Assembly: GCA_051746185.1 (NCBI GenBank)
Contig: JBNJEV010000001.1
Location: 88,201-152,200, forward strand
Reading direction: 5' to 3'
DNA from: Bacteroidota bacterium
GTDB taxonomy: Bacteria; Bacteroidota; Bacteroidia; Bacteroidales; GCA-2748055
Length of the DNA stretch: 64,000 bases
The first letter of the stretch is position 1. Each line of letters opens with the position of its first letter. A model generated the notes under the pieces. It saw only the letters and a list, made by a program, of their open reading frames with translations. It did no database searches and had not been told where the DNA came from. Position numbers and translations under genes: made by a program. Positions 1-10,956 of the stretch are shown one piece after another.

Positions 1-711
1 ATCGGAGGCAGTGGCCGAAACGATGACTGTGTATTCCATGGCACCCTCTTCTTCCAGTGTTTTCTGGATGTTCGCTACCGTTGAACCTTTCTGGCCGATC
101 GCCACATAGATGCAGTAAACAGGCTCACCTTTTTCGTAAAACTCCTTCTGGTTGATGATCGTGTCCACCGCGATGGCCGTTTTTCCTGTCTGCCTGTCAC
201 CTATGATCAGCTCGCGCTGTCCCCTTCCGATGGGGATCATCGCATCAATGGCTTTAATGCCAGTCTGGATGGGTTCATTTACCGGTTGCCGGAAGATCAC
301 CCCGGGCGCTTTCCTTTCCAGGGGCATTTCGATCATATCGTCCGTAAGGGGACCTTTGCCGTCCAGTGGTTTACCCAGGGTATTGATCACCCGCCCCAGC
401 AGGTTCTCGCCTACCATGATGGAAGCGATCCGTTTGGTCCGTTTCACTGTGTCACCTTCCCTGATCAATTCGTTTGAACCAAGGAGTACTGCTCCTACAT
501 TATCCTCCTCCAGGTTCAGCACGATCCCTTTCACCCCGCTGTCAAATTCTATCAGCTCGTTGGACTGTACCCTGTTCAGCCCGTAAATACGGGCAATACC
601 ATCACCCACCTGGAGGACCGTACCAACCTCTTCAAGTTCTATTTCACTTCGAACTCCCTCTATCTGTTTTCTTAATATCTCCGATACCTCGGAAGGTTTG
701 ATCTGGGTCAT
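1..711 (-). CDS. atpA: F0F1 ATP synthase subunit alpha, N-terminal part (C-terminus lies beyond the window edge)
   Basis: Reverse translation from the ATG at 711-709 gives [46 protein letters not shown], a typical AtpA N-terminus. It sits directly downstream of atpH. The plus-strand ORFs here are antisense artefacts. Confidence 0.9.
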   Translation of the reverse strand, partial: MTQIKPSEVSEILRKQIEGVRSEIELEEVGTVLQVGDGIARIYGLNRVQSNELIEFDSGVKGIVLNLEEDNVGAVLLGSNELIREGDTVKRTKRIASIMVGENLLGRVINTLGKPLDGKGPLTDDMIEMPLERKAPGVIFRQPVNEPIQTGIKAIDAMIPIGRGQRELIIGDRQTGKTAIAVDTIINQKEFYEKGEPVYCIYVAIGQKGSTVANIQKTLEEEGAMEYTVIVSATASD

Positions 712-721
712 TTTGCTGCGT

Positions 722-1273
722 TTATTTATCTATACCTTTTTGTAGCATTTTCTTTCTGATGTTCTTTAAACTGCTGGAAACACTGGCATCATACTGGCGG
801 TCTTCGATGGTCAGTATGAATCCCCCGATGATCTTTTCATTAACCGCCGGTGAAAGCTCAACCTCCAGTTCATATGCATTTTCAATAAGGTCCTGTATCT
901 TTTTCATGACCGGTTCCCCTACGGGCTGTGCGGTTACCAGTTTGACAGAACGGATCCCTTTTGCTTTCCGGTAAAAATCCATGAAATTCCTGACGATCCC
1001 TGGCAGATATTTCTCCCGCTTATTTTTGATCACCAGGTTGATCATCGAAAGCGAAAGACCAGAGATATATTGTCGCAATACCGACTCAGCGATCCGCGCT
1101 TTCTGGCCGGGCTTCAGGGAAGGCAACAGCAATATATACCTGAAATCATCCAGTTTGTAGGTTTCCTCCAGTACCCCCATATCTTCATATACACTGTCCA
1201 GCAATCCCTTTTCCGCCGCACTCCGGAACAATGCTTTTGCATACCTTACAGAAATCTGGCTTTCATTCATCAC
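722..1273 (-). CDS. atpH: ATP synthase subunit delta (OSCP)
   Basis: 183 aa. N-terminus SVRYAKALF is typical of delta/OSCP. Located between atpF and atpA. Confidence 0.9.
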   Translation of the reverse strand: MMNESQISVRYAKALFRSAAEKGLLDSVYEDMGVLEETYKLDDFRYILLLPSLKPGQKARIAESVLRQYISGLSLSMINLVIKNKREKYLPGIVRNFMDFYRKAKGIRSVKLVTAQPVGEPVMKKIQDLIENAYELEVELSPAVNEKIIGGFILTIEDRQYDASVSSSLKNIRKKMLQKGIDK

Positions 1274-1276
1274 CTG

Positions 1277-1771
1277 TTAATTAAGGTCTGCCTCGCTGAT
1301 CAGCTTATTGATCAGCTTTTTCTGTTCTTTACCATCCTTCAGCTTTTCCCTTAGGATCTTTTCAGCGATCTCTACAGAAAGTTTTGCCATCTGGACTCTT
1401 ATTTCTCTGATCGCGGCAGACCTTTCGTCCCGGATGGTTTCCCTGGCGTTCTTGATAAGCCTTTTAGCCTCCTCTTCGGCTTTCTCGCGGGCATCCGCAA
1501 TAAACTGCTCTTTCACCTGCCTGGCTTCTTTGAGAAGGGCATCCCGCTCGATCCTGGCCTCTTCCAGCATCCGTTCGTTCTCAGCCTTGAGCTTTGCCAT
1601 CTCTTTTTTCGCCTTATCCGCCGCATTCAGCGCATTACGGATGCTCTCATTCCTAATCCTGATGGCTGTCAATATCGAGGGCCAGGCGAATTTGCCCAGG
1701 ATCAACAGCAGGACAAGGAAGAACAGGGTCGACCAGAAGATCAGACCGATGTCCGGTGTAATCAGATCCAT
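1277..1771 (-). CDS. atpF: ATP synthase subunit b
   Basis: 164 aa with one N-terminal TM helix followed by a long charged coiled coil. Operon position fits. Confidence 0.9.
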   Translation of the reverse strand: MDLITPDIGLIFWSTLFFLVLLLILGKFAWPSILTAIRIRNESIRNALNAADKAKKEMAKLKAENERMLEEARIERDALLKEARQVKEQFIADAREKAEEEAKRLIKNARETIRDERSAAIREIRVQMAKLSVEIAEKILREKLKDGKEQKKLINKLISEADLN

Positions 1772-1795
1772 TTGTACTTTTTTTATGTTAATGCA

Positions 1796-1999
1796 TCATA
1801 TACCCATCATGGCCACTACAACGGCAAATAATGAAACACCTTCAACAAGAGCTGCCGAAATGATCATTGCGGTCTGGATCCTTCCCCCGGCCTCGGGCTG
1901 ACGGGCGATGGCATCCATGGCGTGTGCCCCGATCCGTCCGATTCCCCATGCTGCTCCGATCACTGCAATTGCTGCTCCGATTGCTGATAAATTTTCCAT
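1796..1999 (-). CDS. atpE: ATP synthase subunit c
   Basis: 67-aa hairpin proteolipid with an ARQPE loop and the conserved Glu in helix 2 (ALVEG). Confidence 0.92.
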   Translation of the reverse strand: MENLSAIGAAIAVIGAAWGIGRIGAHAMDAIARQPEAGGRIQTAMIISAALVEGVSLFAVVVAMMGI

Positions 2000-2024
2000 A
2001 ATTAGATAATTTTTTTAATGAACA

Positions 2025-3143
2025 TTAATCATGGTGATGCTCCGGCATCGCCAATCCAACAAATAATGCTGTTAATACAGTGAAAATATATGCCTGTATA
2101 AATGCCACAAGTAATTCGATCATATCCATGAAAACAACCATGATCATGGAGGGCACGGAAATGATCAGGGATTTGAAAATAAAGATCATGGCGATCATGC
2201 TGAGGACAATGATGTGACCTGCGGTGATGTTGGCGAAAAGCCGGATCATCAGTGCAAAGGGCTTGGTGAAAATCCCGATGAGTTCAACCGGAAACATGAT
2301 CGGCGCAAGCCAGACAGGCACTCCGGGTGGTTTGAATAAATGCTGCCAGTAATCTTTGTTCCCGCTGAAAATTGTGATCAGTAAGGTAAACGCAGCCAGC
2401 ACCAGGGTCACGGCAATGTTCCCGGTCACATTGGCCCCGAAAGGAAAAAACGGGATGATTCCCATCAGGTTGTTTATCAGGATGAAAAAGAATACTGTCA
2501 GCAGATAGGGCATGTACCTGTGGTACTTCTCCTCACCGATGTTCGGGATGGCGATGTTCTCCTCAATGAAAACGATCACCGGCTCCAGAAATCCCTGGAG
2601 GCCTTTGGGCTCACTGATACCTTTCTTTTTATAGGACCTGGCCAGTCCAAGGAAGACCACGAGCAGGATGATCACCGACAACATCATCATGAACACATTC
2701 TTGGTAATGGAGAAATCCAGCGGCAGGCCTTCCTCGACCATTACCCCGTGTTCGTCCACCTCGATGATCTTTCCCTTCAGGTCTTTTCCATCCACTGTGC
2801 CGTGCCCCATCCTGAACCCTTTGTAGGTATGCCCGTGGGCAAGCTTTCCGGAAAAGAAACAGTGAAATCCTGAGTGCCTACTGTAAAGGATCACGGGTAA
2901 GTAAACACTCACATGCTTTCCTTCCTCCGTGGTAAGAATATGCCATTCATGGGAATCTTTGATGTGATCCATGATAAATTCATTGGCCTGAAATTCCTCA
3001 TCCTCAGTTTTTGAAATATCATGGATCTGCTGCGTCTCCTCCCCCTGCGGATGGTGGGTTTGTGCCTGTAAAACACCACCCGAGATTGATATGCCAGATA
3101 TGATAGAGATAATACCTGCGGCAGCAAAATTTCTTAAGGTCAC
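2025..3143 (-). CDS. atpB: ATP synthase subunit a
   Basis: 372-aa polytopic protein with the LFANITAGH-type motif (RLFANITAGHI). Operon position fits. Confidence 0.9.
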   Translation of the reverse strand: MTLRNFAAAGIISIISGISISGGVLQAQTHHPQGEETQQIHDISKTEDEEFQANEFIMDHIKDSHEWHILTTEEGKHVSVYLPVILYSRHSGFHCFFSGKLAHGHTYKGFRMGHGTVDGKDLKGKIIEVDEHGVMVEEGLPLDFSITKNVFMMMLSVIILLVVFLGLARSYKKKGISEPKGLQGFLEPVIVFIEENIAIPNIGEEKYHRYMPYLLTVFFFILINNLMGIIPFFPFGANVTGNIAVTLVLAAFTLLITIFSGNKDYWQHLFKPPGVPVWLAPIMFPVELIGIFTKPFALMIRLFANITAGHIIVLSMIAMIFIFKSLIISVPSMIMVVFMDMIELLVAFIQAYIFTVLTALFVGLAMPEHHHD

Positions 3144-3154
3144 AATCAGCGCAA

Positions 3155-3535
3155 TTATTTATTCCTAAATAACTTAAACAGGTGGCCTGCCAAGAATATG
3201 GTAAAGGCCAAATATAGTACAAAAAATGTAACGAAAAATGGAACGGTCAGATTTTTTATAACCAGCCAGTATACCAGTAAATATAACAGATACGAAAGGA
3301 ATTTAAACCCAACTCCCAGCATCATGAATACCATTTGACCTCCGCTGCTTTTTTCACTACCCAGGGACATAACATAATATGTAACCAGGTTGATAACCGT
3401 GACAACCGCAAGGGTAATGATAAAAGAATTAAAGGTTAATCCGGTACGTACCTGAGAAAGGAAGATAAGTCCCAGGATCATGAAAACCGAAGACAGGATG
3501 AGAAGTTGCCAGGTAAAGCGTATCCGGTTAATCAT
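3155..3535 (-). CDS. Small 4-TM membrane protein in the AtpI position of the atp operon
   Basis: 126 aa, hydrophobic, immediately upstream of atpB. No diagnostic motif was recognised. Confidence 0.5.
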   Translation of the reverse strand: MINRIRFTWQLLILSSVFMILGLIFLSQVRTGLTFNSFIITLAVVTVINLVTYYVMSLGSEKSSGGQMVFMMLGVGFKFLSYLLYLLVYWLVIKNLTVPFFVTFFVLYLAFTIFLAGHLFKLFRNK

Positions 3536-3794
3536 TGTTTTTTCCTATAAAATCCTTCAAAGCCAGGTAAAGACCTGCAAAAACTCCCAGCAGGGTGAGT
3601 ATGGCTGTGTAGACCGGTTTTTCTGTGGAAGCTCTCTCGTCAAGTTTTGAACCTGCCCAGTAAAAAAGCAGGATGACGGCCAGCATCTGGAAACCCATTC
3701 CGGAGTACCTGGCAAAAGTCTTCAGGCCGGAGGTGCCTTTTTTATCCTTCTTTAGGTTTTGCTCCTTGTTCTGAGATGACCTCTTTTTTTCCAC
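3528..3794 (-). CDS. AtpZ/AtpI-family small membrane protein (start uncertain)
   Basis: Contains FARYSGMGFQMLAVILLFYWAGSKLDE, typical of AtpZ. The listed ATG start (3926) would overlap the bactofilin gene by about 180 nt. In-frame GTG codons at 3794 and 3803 are more plausible starts. Confidence 0.6.
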   Translation of the reverse strand: MEKKRSSQNKEQNLKKDKKGTSGLKTFARYSGMGFQMLAVILLFYWAGSKLDERASTEKPVYTAILTLLGVFAGLYLALKDFIGKNND

Positions 3795-4149
3795 CCATAT
3801 CACATTTACCCGTAAAAATGGCTCCCGGTTCAATTGCCAGCTTGCCTGTTTTAATATCCCCGTACACTTTGGCCACCGAACGGAGGGACAGCAGCTCCTC
3901 CACCACCAGTCTCCCTTCCACCACACCTTCTATCTCGCAGTTCCTGCAATGTATCTCACCCGATACCTTTCCGCTCTGTCCCACGAAAACCTTACCCTTG
4001 GTGGACATATTGCCGTTCAGGATCCCGTCAAAACGGACATTTTCATTTGAAGTAAGATTTCCCTCAATGGTTGTTCCCACTCCGATCATGTTGATCTTGT
4101 TGGTGCTTTCAGCTTCGTCGCTCTTTGCCATAGCCTGTTTTGTTATCAA
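3742..4149 (-). CDS. Bactofilin (polymer-forming cytoskeletal protein, DUF583)
   Basis: 135 aa with a repetitive beta-helix pattern: IGxGTTIEGNL...VRFDGILNGNM...GKVSGEIHC...IEGVVEGRLVV...GDIKTGKLAIEPGAIFTG. Confidence 0.8.
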   Translation of the reverse strand: MITKQAMAKSDEAESTNKINMIGVGTTIEGNLTSNENVRFDGILNGNMSTKGKVFVGQSGKVSGEIHCRNCEIEGVVEGRLVVEELLSLRSVAKVYGDIKTGKLAIEPGAIFTGKCDMGGKKEVISEQGAKPKEG

Positions 4150-4161
4150 AAGTAATGATTA

Positions 4162-5157
4162 TTATTTTGCCCCGTCATATGCCCATTTGAGATAAATGGA
4201 TCCCCAGGTAAATCCTCCTCCGAAGGCTGTAAGGATCAGCTTATCCCCCTTTTTCAGCTTTGATTCCCACTCCCAGAGACATAACGGTATTGTGGCCGCA
4301 GTGGTATTTCCATACCTTTCTATGTTGATCATCACCCTCTCTTTGGGAATCCCCATCCGGCGTGCCACCGCCTCGATGATCCGCATATTTGCCTGATGCG
4401 GCACCAGCCAGTCCAGATCTTCCGGTTTGAGTTGATGTCTTTTCATGAGCTCAATGGAAACATCGGCCATTTTTGATACAGCCACCTTGAACACGGCCTG
4501 TCCTTCCTGGTAAACGAAATGCTCCCGGGCCTCAACGGTTTCATGGGACGGGGGACGGGCCGATCCTCCCGCTTTCATATGAAGATATTGTACTCCGCTG
4601 CCATCCACCTCCAGAATGGCATCCCGTATCCCCAGTTCTTCATCCACCGGTTCCAGCAGCACGGCCCCTGCTGCATCCCCGAAAAGCGGGCAGGTGGTCC
4701 TGTCCGTGTAGTCAGTAATGGCCGACATCATGTCGGTTCCAACCAAAATCACCTTTCGGTGGGTCCCCGACTGGACAAACTGAGCAGCGGTCTGCAAACC
4801 AAAGAGAAACCCCGAGCAGGCCGCTGAAAGATCAAAACTCCATGCATTTTTCATTCCCACTTTTTCGCTGATCAGGTTGGCAGTGGAAGGAAAATGATAA
4901 TCGGAAGTAACGGTGGCGCAGACAACCAGTTCAATCTCTTCCGGTTTGGTCCCGGTCTTTTTCAGCAGGCCGTTTACGGCAGCGGCTCCCATATCGGAGG
5001 TGGCACCTTCCTTCAGAATGCGTCTTTCCTTGATACCGATCCGCTGCATGATCCATTCGTCCGTTGTTTCGACCATGGTACTCAATTCCTCGTTATCGAG
5101 CCTGTATTCAGGTACCCAACCTTGAATTCCTGTAATTCCTGCGACAATCTTGTTCAT
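4162..5157 (-). CDS. fabH: 3-oxoacyl-ACP synthase III
   Basis: Shows the FabH pattern [11 protein letters not shown], active-site region AACSGF, HQAN and GNTTAATIP. The likely start is the internal [10 protein letters not shown] (5157) rather than 5208. Confidence 0.9.
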   Translation of the reverse strand: MNKIVAGITGIQGWVPEYRLDNEELSTMVETTDEWIMQRIGIKERRILKEGATSDMGAAAVNGLLKKTGTKPEEIELVVCATVTSDYHFPSTANLISEKVGMKNAWSFDLSAACSGFLFGLQTAAQFVQSGTHRKVILVGTDMMSAITDYTDRTTCPLFGDAAGAVLLEPVDEELGIRDAILEVDGSGVQYLHMKAGGSARPPSHETVEAREHFVYQEGQAVFKVAVSKMADVSIELMKRHQLKPEDLDWLVPHQANMRIIEAVARRMGIPKERVMINIERYGNTTAATIPLCLWEWESKLKKGDKLILTAFGGGFTWGSIYLKWAYDGAK

Positions 5158-5394
5158 TGATCCGGTTCTTCTAGTTGCTTCTACAATTGATGAAGGTTCA
5201 AAATTCACAAAAATATATATGTCCGTTCATTTGCGAAAAAAGGTTTTGAATAATTGGGACCAAAAAGACCATACGGGTATAAAACAACCGGACGGGTATC
5301 CTTGTGTGATCCCACGTCCGGTAAGGGAATGAAAGATGACCATGAACCTTCATCTTTTCAGGCAAAGCTACAGTGGAAAGGAAAGATTCCCTTC

Positions 5395-5589
5395 CTATTC
5401 CATTTCCGCCCCGGTTTCGACAACCAGTTTGCCCTTGTAATAAAGGTTCCCGTCCACATAGTAGGCATGGTGCCTCTCATGCACGGTGCCCGTTGTTGCA
5501 CATGTGGACAATGTGGGCGCAGTTGCTTTATAATGGGTCCTTCTTTTATCTCTTCTGGTTTTCGAGGTTTTTCTTTTCGGATGTGCCAT
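5395..5589 (-). CDS. rpmF: 50S ribosomal protein L32
   Basis: The [20 protein letters not shown]-terminus is diagnostic for L32. It follows yceD as in many bacteria. Confidence 0.9.
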   Translation of the reverse strand: MAHPKRKTSKTRRDKRRTHYKATAPTLSTCATTGTVHERHHAYYVDGNLYYKGKLVVETGAEME

Positions 5590-5591
5590 AA

Positions 5592-6131
5592 TCAATTATT
5601 ATTTTCAATGATCTCTTTCAGTGCATCCCACCTGGGATCGGTCCCTTCGTTCGGGGAATCTTCCCGATCCAGGTGGGCCTCCAGTTTCTCAATCATTTCC
5701 GGATTACAACCGGAAAAACCATTCTCGTCATCCGGGTGAACACGCCTGACCGGCAATGCCAGTATAAGGAACTCATACAGGTACTGCCTCACATCGATTT
5801 CGTGTTCTTCTATTCCTATCACCACAACATCATCTTCGATCTCTCCCGGTTTCTCACCCCTTTTCAGGATCAGCTGCTGATCGGACCGGATCGGTATCAT
5901 GAACCGATCCAGGCAACGGTCGCATACTACTTCCACATTCCCTTTCAGATGAAAACAGAGTACCATGGAACCTGCACTTTTTTCCAGGATTACTGCCGCA
6001 TGGACCTCACCGCTTTCAATTTCTGTCTGATCAAAAGAGGTAAAAAAATCACGATCGAGCTTAAATGAAAAATCGTGCTCCCCTTCACCCAATCCCGACA
6101 ATCTGACAATATATGAATCAACCTTTTTCAC
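5592..6131 (-). CDS. YceD/DUF177 family protein
   Basis: 179 aa, acidic, with a CDRCL...C pattern. Shows the conserved position directly upstream of rpmF. Confidence 0.75.
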   Translation of the reverse strand: MKKVDSYIVRLSGLGEGEHDFSFKLDRDFFTSFDQTEIESGEVHAAVILEKSAGSMVLCFHLKGNVEVVCDRCLDRFMIPIRSDQQLILKRGEKPGEIEDDVVVIGIEEHEIDVRQYLYEFLILALPVRRVHPDDENGFSGCNPEMIEKLEAHLDREDSPNEGTDPRWDALKEIIENNN

Positions 6132-6223
6132 AATTCCTCATTTTGGGTGTGCAAAAGTATAAATTTATCTCGTATAAAAAAACAAAATCTGTCCTTTCAT
6201 TCGTGACTGTTAGCGGATTAAAG

Positions 6224-6610
6224 TCAGGACTTCGGACCTACCATCTGTTGGATGGTCTCGATCAGGGAATCAATGAAAAAATCATCTTTGGTCAGGTACC
6301 TGTTGGCACCTTGTTCCATAAAATCGACCAGCAGTTCATCATCACCCTGACCGGTAAGAATAACCACCGGAACATCAGCATTGACCTTTCTGATCTCTAT
6401 TAATGTTTGTAACCCGTTCAACCGTTCTTCATCCGGGCCTCCCAGTACATGATCCAGTACGATCAGATCAGGTTGCCGGTGAAGGCTTTCAAGACACTGT
6501 TCACCTGTATAAAAGGTAATCACATGATAATCCTCCCTGCTTTGAAAGGTATACTCCAAAAGGTTAAGGATCATTTTGTCGTCGTCAACAAAGAAAATCA
6601 GTTTACCCAT
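6224..6610 (-). CDS. Single-domain response regulator (receiver only)
   Basis: KLIFFVDDD ... PDLIVLDHVL ... VPVVILTG are CheY-like receiver motifs. The likely start is MGKLIFF (6610). Confidence 0.8.
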   Translation of the reverse strand: MGKLIFFVDDDKMILNLLEYTFQSREDYHVITFYTGEQCLESLHRQPDLIVLDHVLGGPDEERLNGLQTLIEIRKVNADVPVVILTGQGDDELLVDFMEQGANRYLTKDDFFIDSLIETIQQMVGPKS

Positions 6611-6842
6611 ACACATAATTGCTGAGGAGAGAGGAGCACTGTAAAAGTAGCAAAATATTTTAAGAGGCATTCTTTAAAGTCCTGTACCTACATGATCGGA
6701 GTGGATGCTTTTGAAGTAACATTGACCGGAATCGTACACTGCTGAAACGAAAACGAACATTTTCAGGAATTTACAAAAATTATTACCCTCCTGATTTTAT
6801 GAAGTTTGAATCGTTTGGCATTACAATTGACTTACAAATTTC

Positions 6843-9281
6843 ATGTCACTGCTCAAAAATTACTTTTTGGCTCTCATTCGCTATGCGGTGAGGGATAAGT
6901 TTTTCTTTATTCTGAACCTGCTGGGCCTTGCGATTGGGATCACCGCATCAATTCTGATCTTTATTTACGTCAGGGATCAGCTCACCTATGACAGGCAAAA
7001 CGAGAATTTCGAGAGGATCTACCGGCTGGAAGGGGATTTTTTCATCAACGAAAAAAGAGATCTTACCGCCATTGTACAGATCCCCCTGGCCCCCACCCTT
7101 CATGATGAATATCCTGAGATTGAAGAATTTGCCCGGATCCTGCCCCAGCGTGACCTTTATTTCGAACAGGGCGAGGATACATTCAAGGAAGACAGCGTGA
7201 TGTGGGCCGATTCCACCATATTCAAGGTTTTTACGCTTCCTTTCATTACGGGAGATCCTGAAACAGCACTCAATGAACCATATACCATGGTCATGAGCGA
7301 GTCTATGGCCCGCAAATATTTCGGCACCCGGGATGTGGTGGGAAAGAGTATGAAAGCACTGGATGGCTCCAATTACACCATAACGGGAGTATTCAGAAAT
7401 CTTCCCCGGAATGTCCACCTGAGATTTAACGGACTGCTGTCTGCCGTCACCATTGAAGAACAGATCGGAAGTGAACGGTTCAATGACCGGAGCGCCGGTT
7501 CTTTCTGGAACGTGAGCACCTATGCCTATGTCCTGCTGGCTGAGAACACCACCCCTGAAATGATCCTAGCCAAGTTCCCGGATTTCTATGATAAATATAT
7601 GGCCGAACTGGGTGACCAGATCGATGCCTCTTTCGATCTGAGGATCACTCCGCTGTCCGATGTGCATTTCCAGAAAGATGAACTGACATGGGATCTTCCC
7701 AAAGGGAACATGAACTACATCGTCATCATGGGCATTATCGGGGTGCTTCTGATCATGATCGCCAGCATCAACTATACCAACCTGACCACGGCCAGGGCAG
7801 CCAACCGGGCCAAAGAGATCGGGATCAGAAAAGTCGGGGGTGCGGATAAAAAAGTACTCCGCTCCCAGTTCCTGGGCGAGTCATTGATCAATGCCCTTTT
7901 TGCAGGCATCCTGTCAGCCCTCCTGACCATCCTGGCACTTCCCCTTTTCAACAGCCTGGCCTCAATTCAGTATGACTGGCATATACTCCTGGATCCGGTC
8001 ATCCTGCTGTTCATTCTGGGGATCTCTATCCTGACCGGGGTCCTGTCGGGCATCTATCCTTCCACCTACCTGGCATCTTTCAATCCGGTGAGCGTTCTGA
8101 AGGGCAACGGATCCAGCCTGAAAGACCGGGGCTGGCTGAGAAGGGGCCTGGTCATCGCCCAGTTCCTGATCTCCTCTGTGATGATCATCGGTTCCATTAT
8201 CGTGGCCCTGCAAATGAGGTTCATCCAGCAAAAGGACCTGGGATTTGACAGGGAACAGATCCTGATGCTGTCGCTGAACGATACGGCTGTTGTCAGCAAT
8301 GTGCATGCGTTCATGGAGGAGATCGAAAGACATCCTGCAGTGGAGGAAACTGCACTTTCCACCACCGCTCCCGGCAGGTTCTACGGAAAACAGGTCATGA
8401 CCGCCGAAGACAACCAGGGTGAGCTGCAGGAAAAGGCATTCAACAGCTGCGTGGTCAATTACGAATACCTGGATGTGATGGGACTGACCCTGGAGAAGGG
8501 GAGATTTTACAACAGGGAATTCGGATCGGATGAGAACAGTTCCGTGGTGGTCAACGAAGCCCTGGTGCGGGAAATGCAGTGGGGGGAGGATGCCCTGGGC
8601 AAACAATTCATCATCGGCGTGAATATCGAAGGAGCCAATAATCCGGTGGGGGAAGTCATCGGTGTGGTCCGCGACTTCAATTACGGATCGCTGCACAATC
8701 CGGTCCAGTCCCTGGTCCTCATTTGCAGGGACAATCCCCAGTTCATGCGGACACTCTCGGTCAGGGTGAACGGGGAGAACATGCAGGAAGTCCTGGAGTG
8801 GATCGAAGAACAGCGGAACCGGTTCAATCCTGCCTATCCCATCCAGTACAGCTACCTGAGCGATGAACTGGATACCCTCTATGAAGAGGAAAAGATCATT
8901 TTCGCCCTGGTCATTTCCTTTACGATCCTGATCATTTTCATTGCGGCCCTGGGATTGCTCGGGCTGTCCGCATTCATGACCGCGAAGAGAACACGGGAGA
9001 CGGGCATCCGAAGGGTGATGGGTGCTTCCCAGAACCAGATCCTGGCCCTGTTCCTGGTGCAGTTCTCCAAATGGGTGATCCTTGCCAACGTGATCGCATG
9101 GCCGGTCTCCTATTTCATCCTGAAAAACTGGCTTCAAAATTTCAATTACCGGATTGAATTTCCATTCTGGACCTTTGTCCTATCTTTGTTGTTATCAATC
9201 ATCGTGGCCGTGATCACGGTAAGCTGGCAATCACTGAAAGCTTCCAGGATGAATCCGGCCGCTTCCATCAGGGTGGAATGA
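6843..9281 (+). CDS. ABC transporter permease, FtsX/MacB-like (two FtsX domains)
   Basis: 812 aa. Has an N-terminal TM helix, a large periplasmic domain, and repeated 4-TM FtsX blocks with KEIGIRKVGGA and RETGIRRVMGAS motifs. Confidence 0.85.
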   Translation: MSLLKNYFLALIRYAVRDKFFFILNLLGLAIGITASILIFIYVRDQLTYDRQNENFERIYRLEGDFFINEKRDLTAIVQIPLAPTLHDEYPEIEEFARILPQRDLYFEQGEDTFKEDSVMWADSTIFKVFTLPFITGDPETALNEPYTMVMSESMARKYFGTRDVVGKSMKALDGSNYTITGVFRNLPRNVHLRFNGLLSAVTIEEQIGSERFNDRSAGSFWNVSTYAYVLLAENTTPEMILAKFPDFYDKYMAELGDQIDASFDLRITPLSDVHFQKDELTWDLPKGNMNYIVIMGIIGVLLIMIASINYTNLTTARAANRAKEIGIRKVGGADKKVLRSQFLGESLINALFAGILSALLTILALPLFNSLASIQYDWHILLDPVILLFILGISILTGVLSGIYPSTYLASFNPVSVLKGNGSSLKDRGWLRRGLVIAQFLISSVMIIGSIIVALQMRFIQQKDLGFDREQILMLSLNDTAVVSNVHAFMEEIERHPAVEETALSTTAPGRFYGKQVMTAEDNQGELQEKAFNSCVVNYEYLDVMGLTLEKGRFYNREFGSDENSSVVVNEALVREMQWGEDALGKQFIIGVNIEGANNPVGEVIGVVRDFNYGSLHNPVQSLVLICRDNPQFMRTLSVRVNGENMQEVLEWIEEQRNRFNPAYPIQYSYLSDELDTLYEEEKIIFALVISFTILIIFIAALGLLGLSAFMTAKRTRETGIRRVMGASQNQILALFLVQFSKWVILANVIAWPVSYFILKNWLQNFNYRIEFPFWTFVLSLLLSIIVAVITVSWQSLKASRMNPAASIRVE

Positions 9282-10132
9282 CAGCATTGAAAGTACTGGG
9301 GAAGAAAATCATTGTTGACGGAAAAGTATCGGAGGCATCGGATTTTCATTCCGGTATGTCGGCCGATACCTATTATGAGGTGGTGCGCCTGATCGACGGG
9401 AAATTCCTGTTCCTGCAGGACCACCTGGACCGCCTGAAACATTCCCTCTCGGGATCGGACATCCCCTATCCGGGAGATGGAATCCTGCGCCGGTATTTGG
9501 GAATGCTTCTGGAGAACAATGAAATTCAGTCCGGGAATGTCAGGATCTGCATGCAGAAAAAGCCGGAGGACCGGGTCCGGACCTGCTGCTATTTCATCTC
9601 CTATTTCTACCCTTCTCCGCCCATGTATTCCGAAGGGGTGAAACTGCTCACCTTTCCCTATGTTCGTTCCAGTCCCGGGATCAAAAGATGGGACGGCATT
9701 TTCAGGGAATCGGTCGGCGGGTTCATCCGGGAGAACGGGATCTATGAAGCCGCACTGGTGAACAGCAAAAAGCAGGTGACCGAAGGGAGCCGGTCCAATA
9801 TTTTCTTCATAGACCGGGACAACCGGCTGGTTTCTGCTCCTGAAAACGAAATGCTCTCCGGGATCACCAGGAAATATGTGCTCCGCATCTGCAGGGAAGA
9901 AGGAATCCCGGTCATGGAAAGACCCGTCCACCTGAAGGAACTCGATAAAATGTCCGCCTGTTTTATCACGGGCACCTCCCCAAAAATCCTTCCCGTATGG
10001 CAACTGGATGGATTCCTGTTCGATGTGGCCCATCCCCTTTTATCTCTTCTGATGGAACGCTTTGATCAAATCCTTCAGGAAAACCTGGAACACCCCGGAT
10101 CATACTCGTCCGGAAAGAATCAGACAAAATGA
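9278..10132 (+). CDS. Class IV aminotransferase family protein (BCAT / aminodeoxychorismate lyase-like)
   Basis: 284 aa. Contains EGSRSNIFF ... LSGITR ... ITGTSPKILPV, typical of fold-type IV PLP enzymes. The ATGA overlaps the upstream gene. Confidence 0.75.
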   Translation: MTALKVLGKKIIVDGKVSEASDFHSGMSADTYYEVVRLIDGKFLFLQDHLDRLKHSLSGSDIPYPGDGILRRYLGMLLENNEIQSGNVRICMQKKPEDRVRTCCYFISYFYPSPPMYSEGVKLLTFPYVRSSPGIKRWDGIFRESVGGFIRENGIYEAALVNSKKQVTEGSRSNIFFIDRDNRLVSAPENEMLSGITRKYVLRICREEGIPVMERPVHLKELDKMSACFITGTSPKILPVWQLDGFLFDVAHPLLSLLMERFDQILQENLEHPGSYSSGKNQTK

Positions 10133-10209
10133 AATCCTCAGCTTGTGCCTGTAAACAAATATACATCCCGGGATGTTACTTCATCAGGAAAACCTTAAAA
10201 CCAGCCCCC

Positions 10210-10956
10210 ATGAAACACAAATTCTTTCCCGTGATCCTGTTCCTTGTTTTTCCCATTCTTCTCCCGGCCCAGGAAAAAAGGATCTACCATTCCAGCGGGG
10301 GTGAGATCATTTTTTCAGGGGCCGATGTGGAATATATCGGGCAAAGCATCAACACGAATGTCCGGTTCACCCTTTTCTTTCATACCCAGCATCATGTCAA
10401 CCTGGATCTGAACAACAACATCGGTTTGTTCACAGGATTCGGGATCAGGAATATCGGGCTGATCAAAGAAGATGAATACCAGAATATCGGATTTATGGGC
10501 GTAGACCTGGACCATCCGGATTACAACAAGAACGCCAAGATCAAGCGTCGAAGCTATTCCCTCGGATTTCCCGTGGCCCTGAAATTAGGCTCTTTCAGGG
10601 ATCACTTCTTTCTCTACGGGGGGTATGAATATGAATGGATGTTCCACTACAAGCAGAAGCTTTTCATTGACGGAGAAAAACACAAATTCAAGGAATGGAC
10701 CAGCGACCGGGTCAATTCCTGGATCCCGGCTGTTTTCGGAGGGATCCAGTTCCCGGGCGGACTGAACCTGAAATTCAAGTATTACCTGGAAGATTTCCTG
10801 AATCCCGGTTTCACAGGGACCGATTTCGACGAACCGGTGGACTATTCCAATTATACCAGCAGCCGGATCTGGTACATTTCCGTTTCCTTCATGATCAACA
10901 GAAAGCTTGTCAGAAAATGGATGGGCGGAAATGAAGAAACCGCCATGACTCTTTAG
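10210..10956 (+). CDS. Hypothetical secreted/outer-membrane beta-barrel-like protein
   Basis: Signal peptide MKHKFFPVILFLVFPILLPAQ, followed by alternating aromatic/glycine beta-strand patterns. No family was recognised. Confidence 0.5.
   Translation: MKHKFFPVILFLVFPILLPAQEKRIYHSSGGEIIFSGADVEYIGQSINTNVRFTLFFHTQHHVNLDLNNNIGLFTGFGIRNIGLIKEDEYQNIGFMGVDLDHPDYNKNAKIKRRSYSLGFPVALKLGSFRDHFFLYGGYEYEWMFHYKQKLFIDGEKHKFKEWTSDRVNSWIPAVFGGIQFPGGLNLKFKYYLEDFLNPGFTGTDFDEPVDYSNYTSSRIWYISVSFMINRKLVRKWMGGNEETAMTL

Noticed and set aside
3795-3926. N-terminal 44 codons of the listed 132-aa ORF (MWWKGDWWWRSCC...)
   Set aside because: It overlaps the bactofilin gene in another frame and is Trp/Cys/Arg-rich nonsense. 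The AtpZ-like similarity begins only downstream, so a GTG start is preferred.
7962-9137. 391-aa ORF on the minus strand
   Set aside because: It is entirely antisense to the well-supported FtsX permease gene. The translation is low-complexity (D/Q/H/G/P-rich) with no recognisable motif, which is typical of shadow ORFs in GC-balanced coding DNA.
9146-10033. 295-aa ORF on the minus strand
   Set aside because: It is antisense to the class IV aminotransferase gene and has no motifs.
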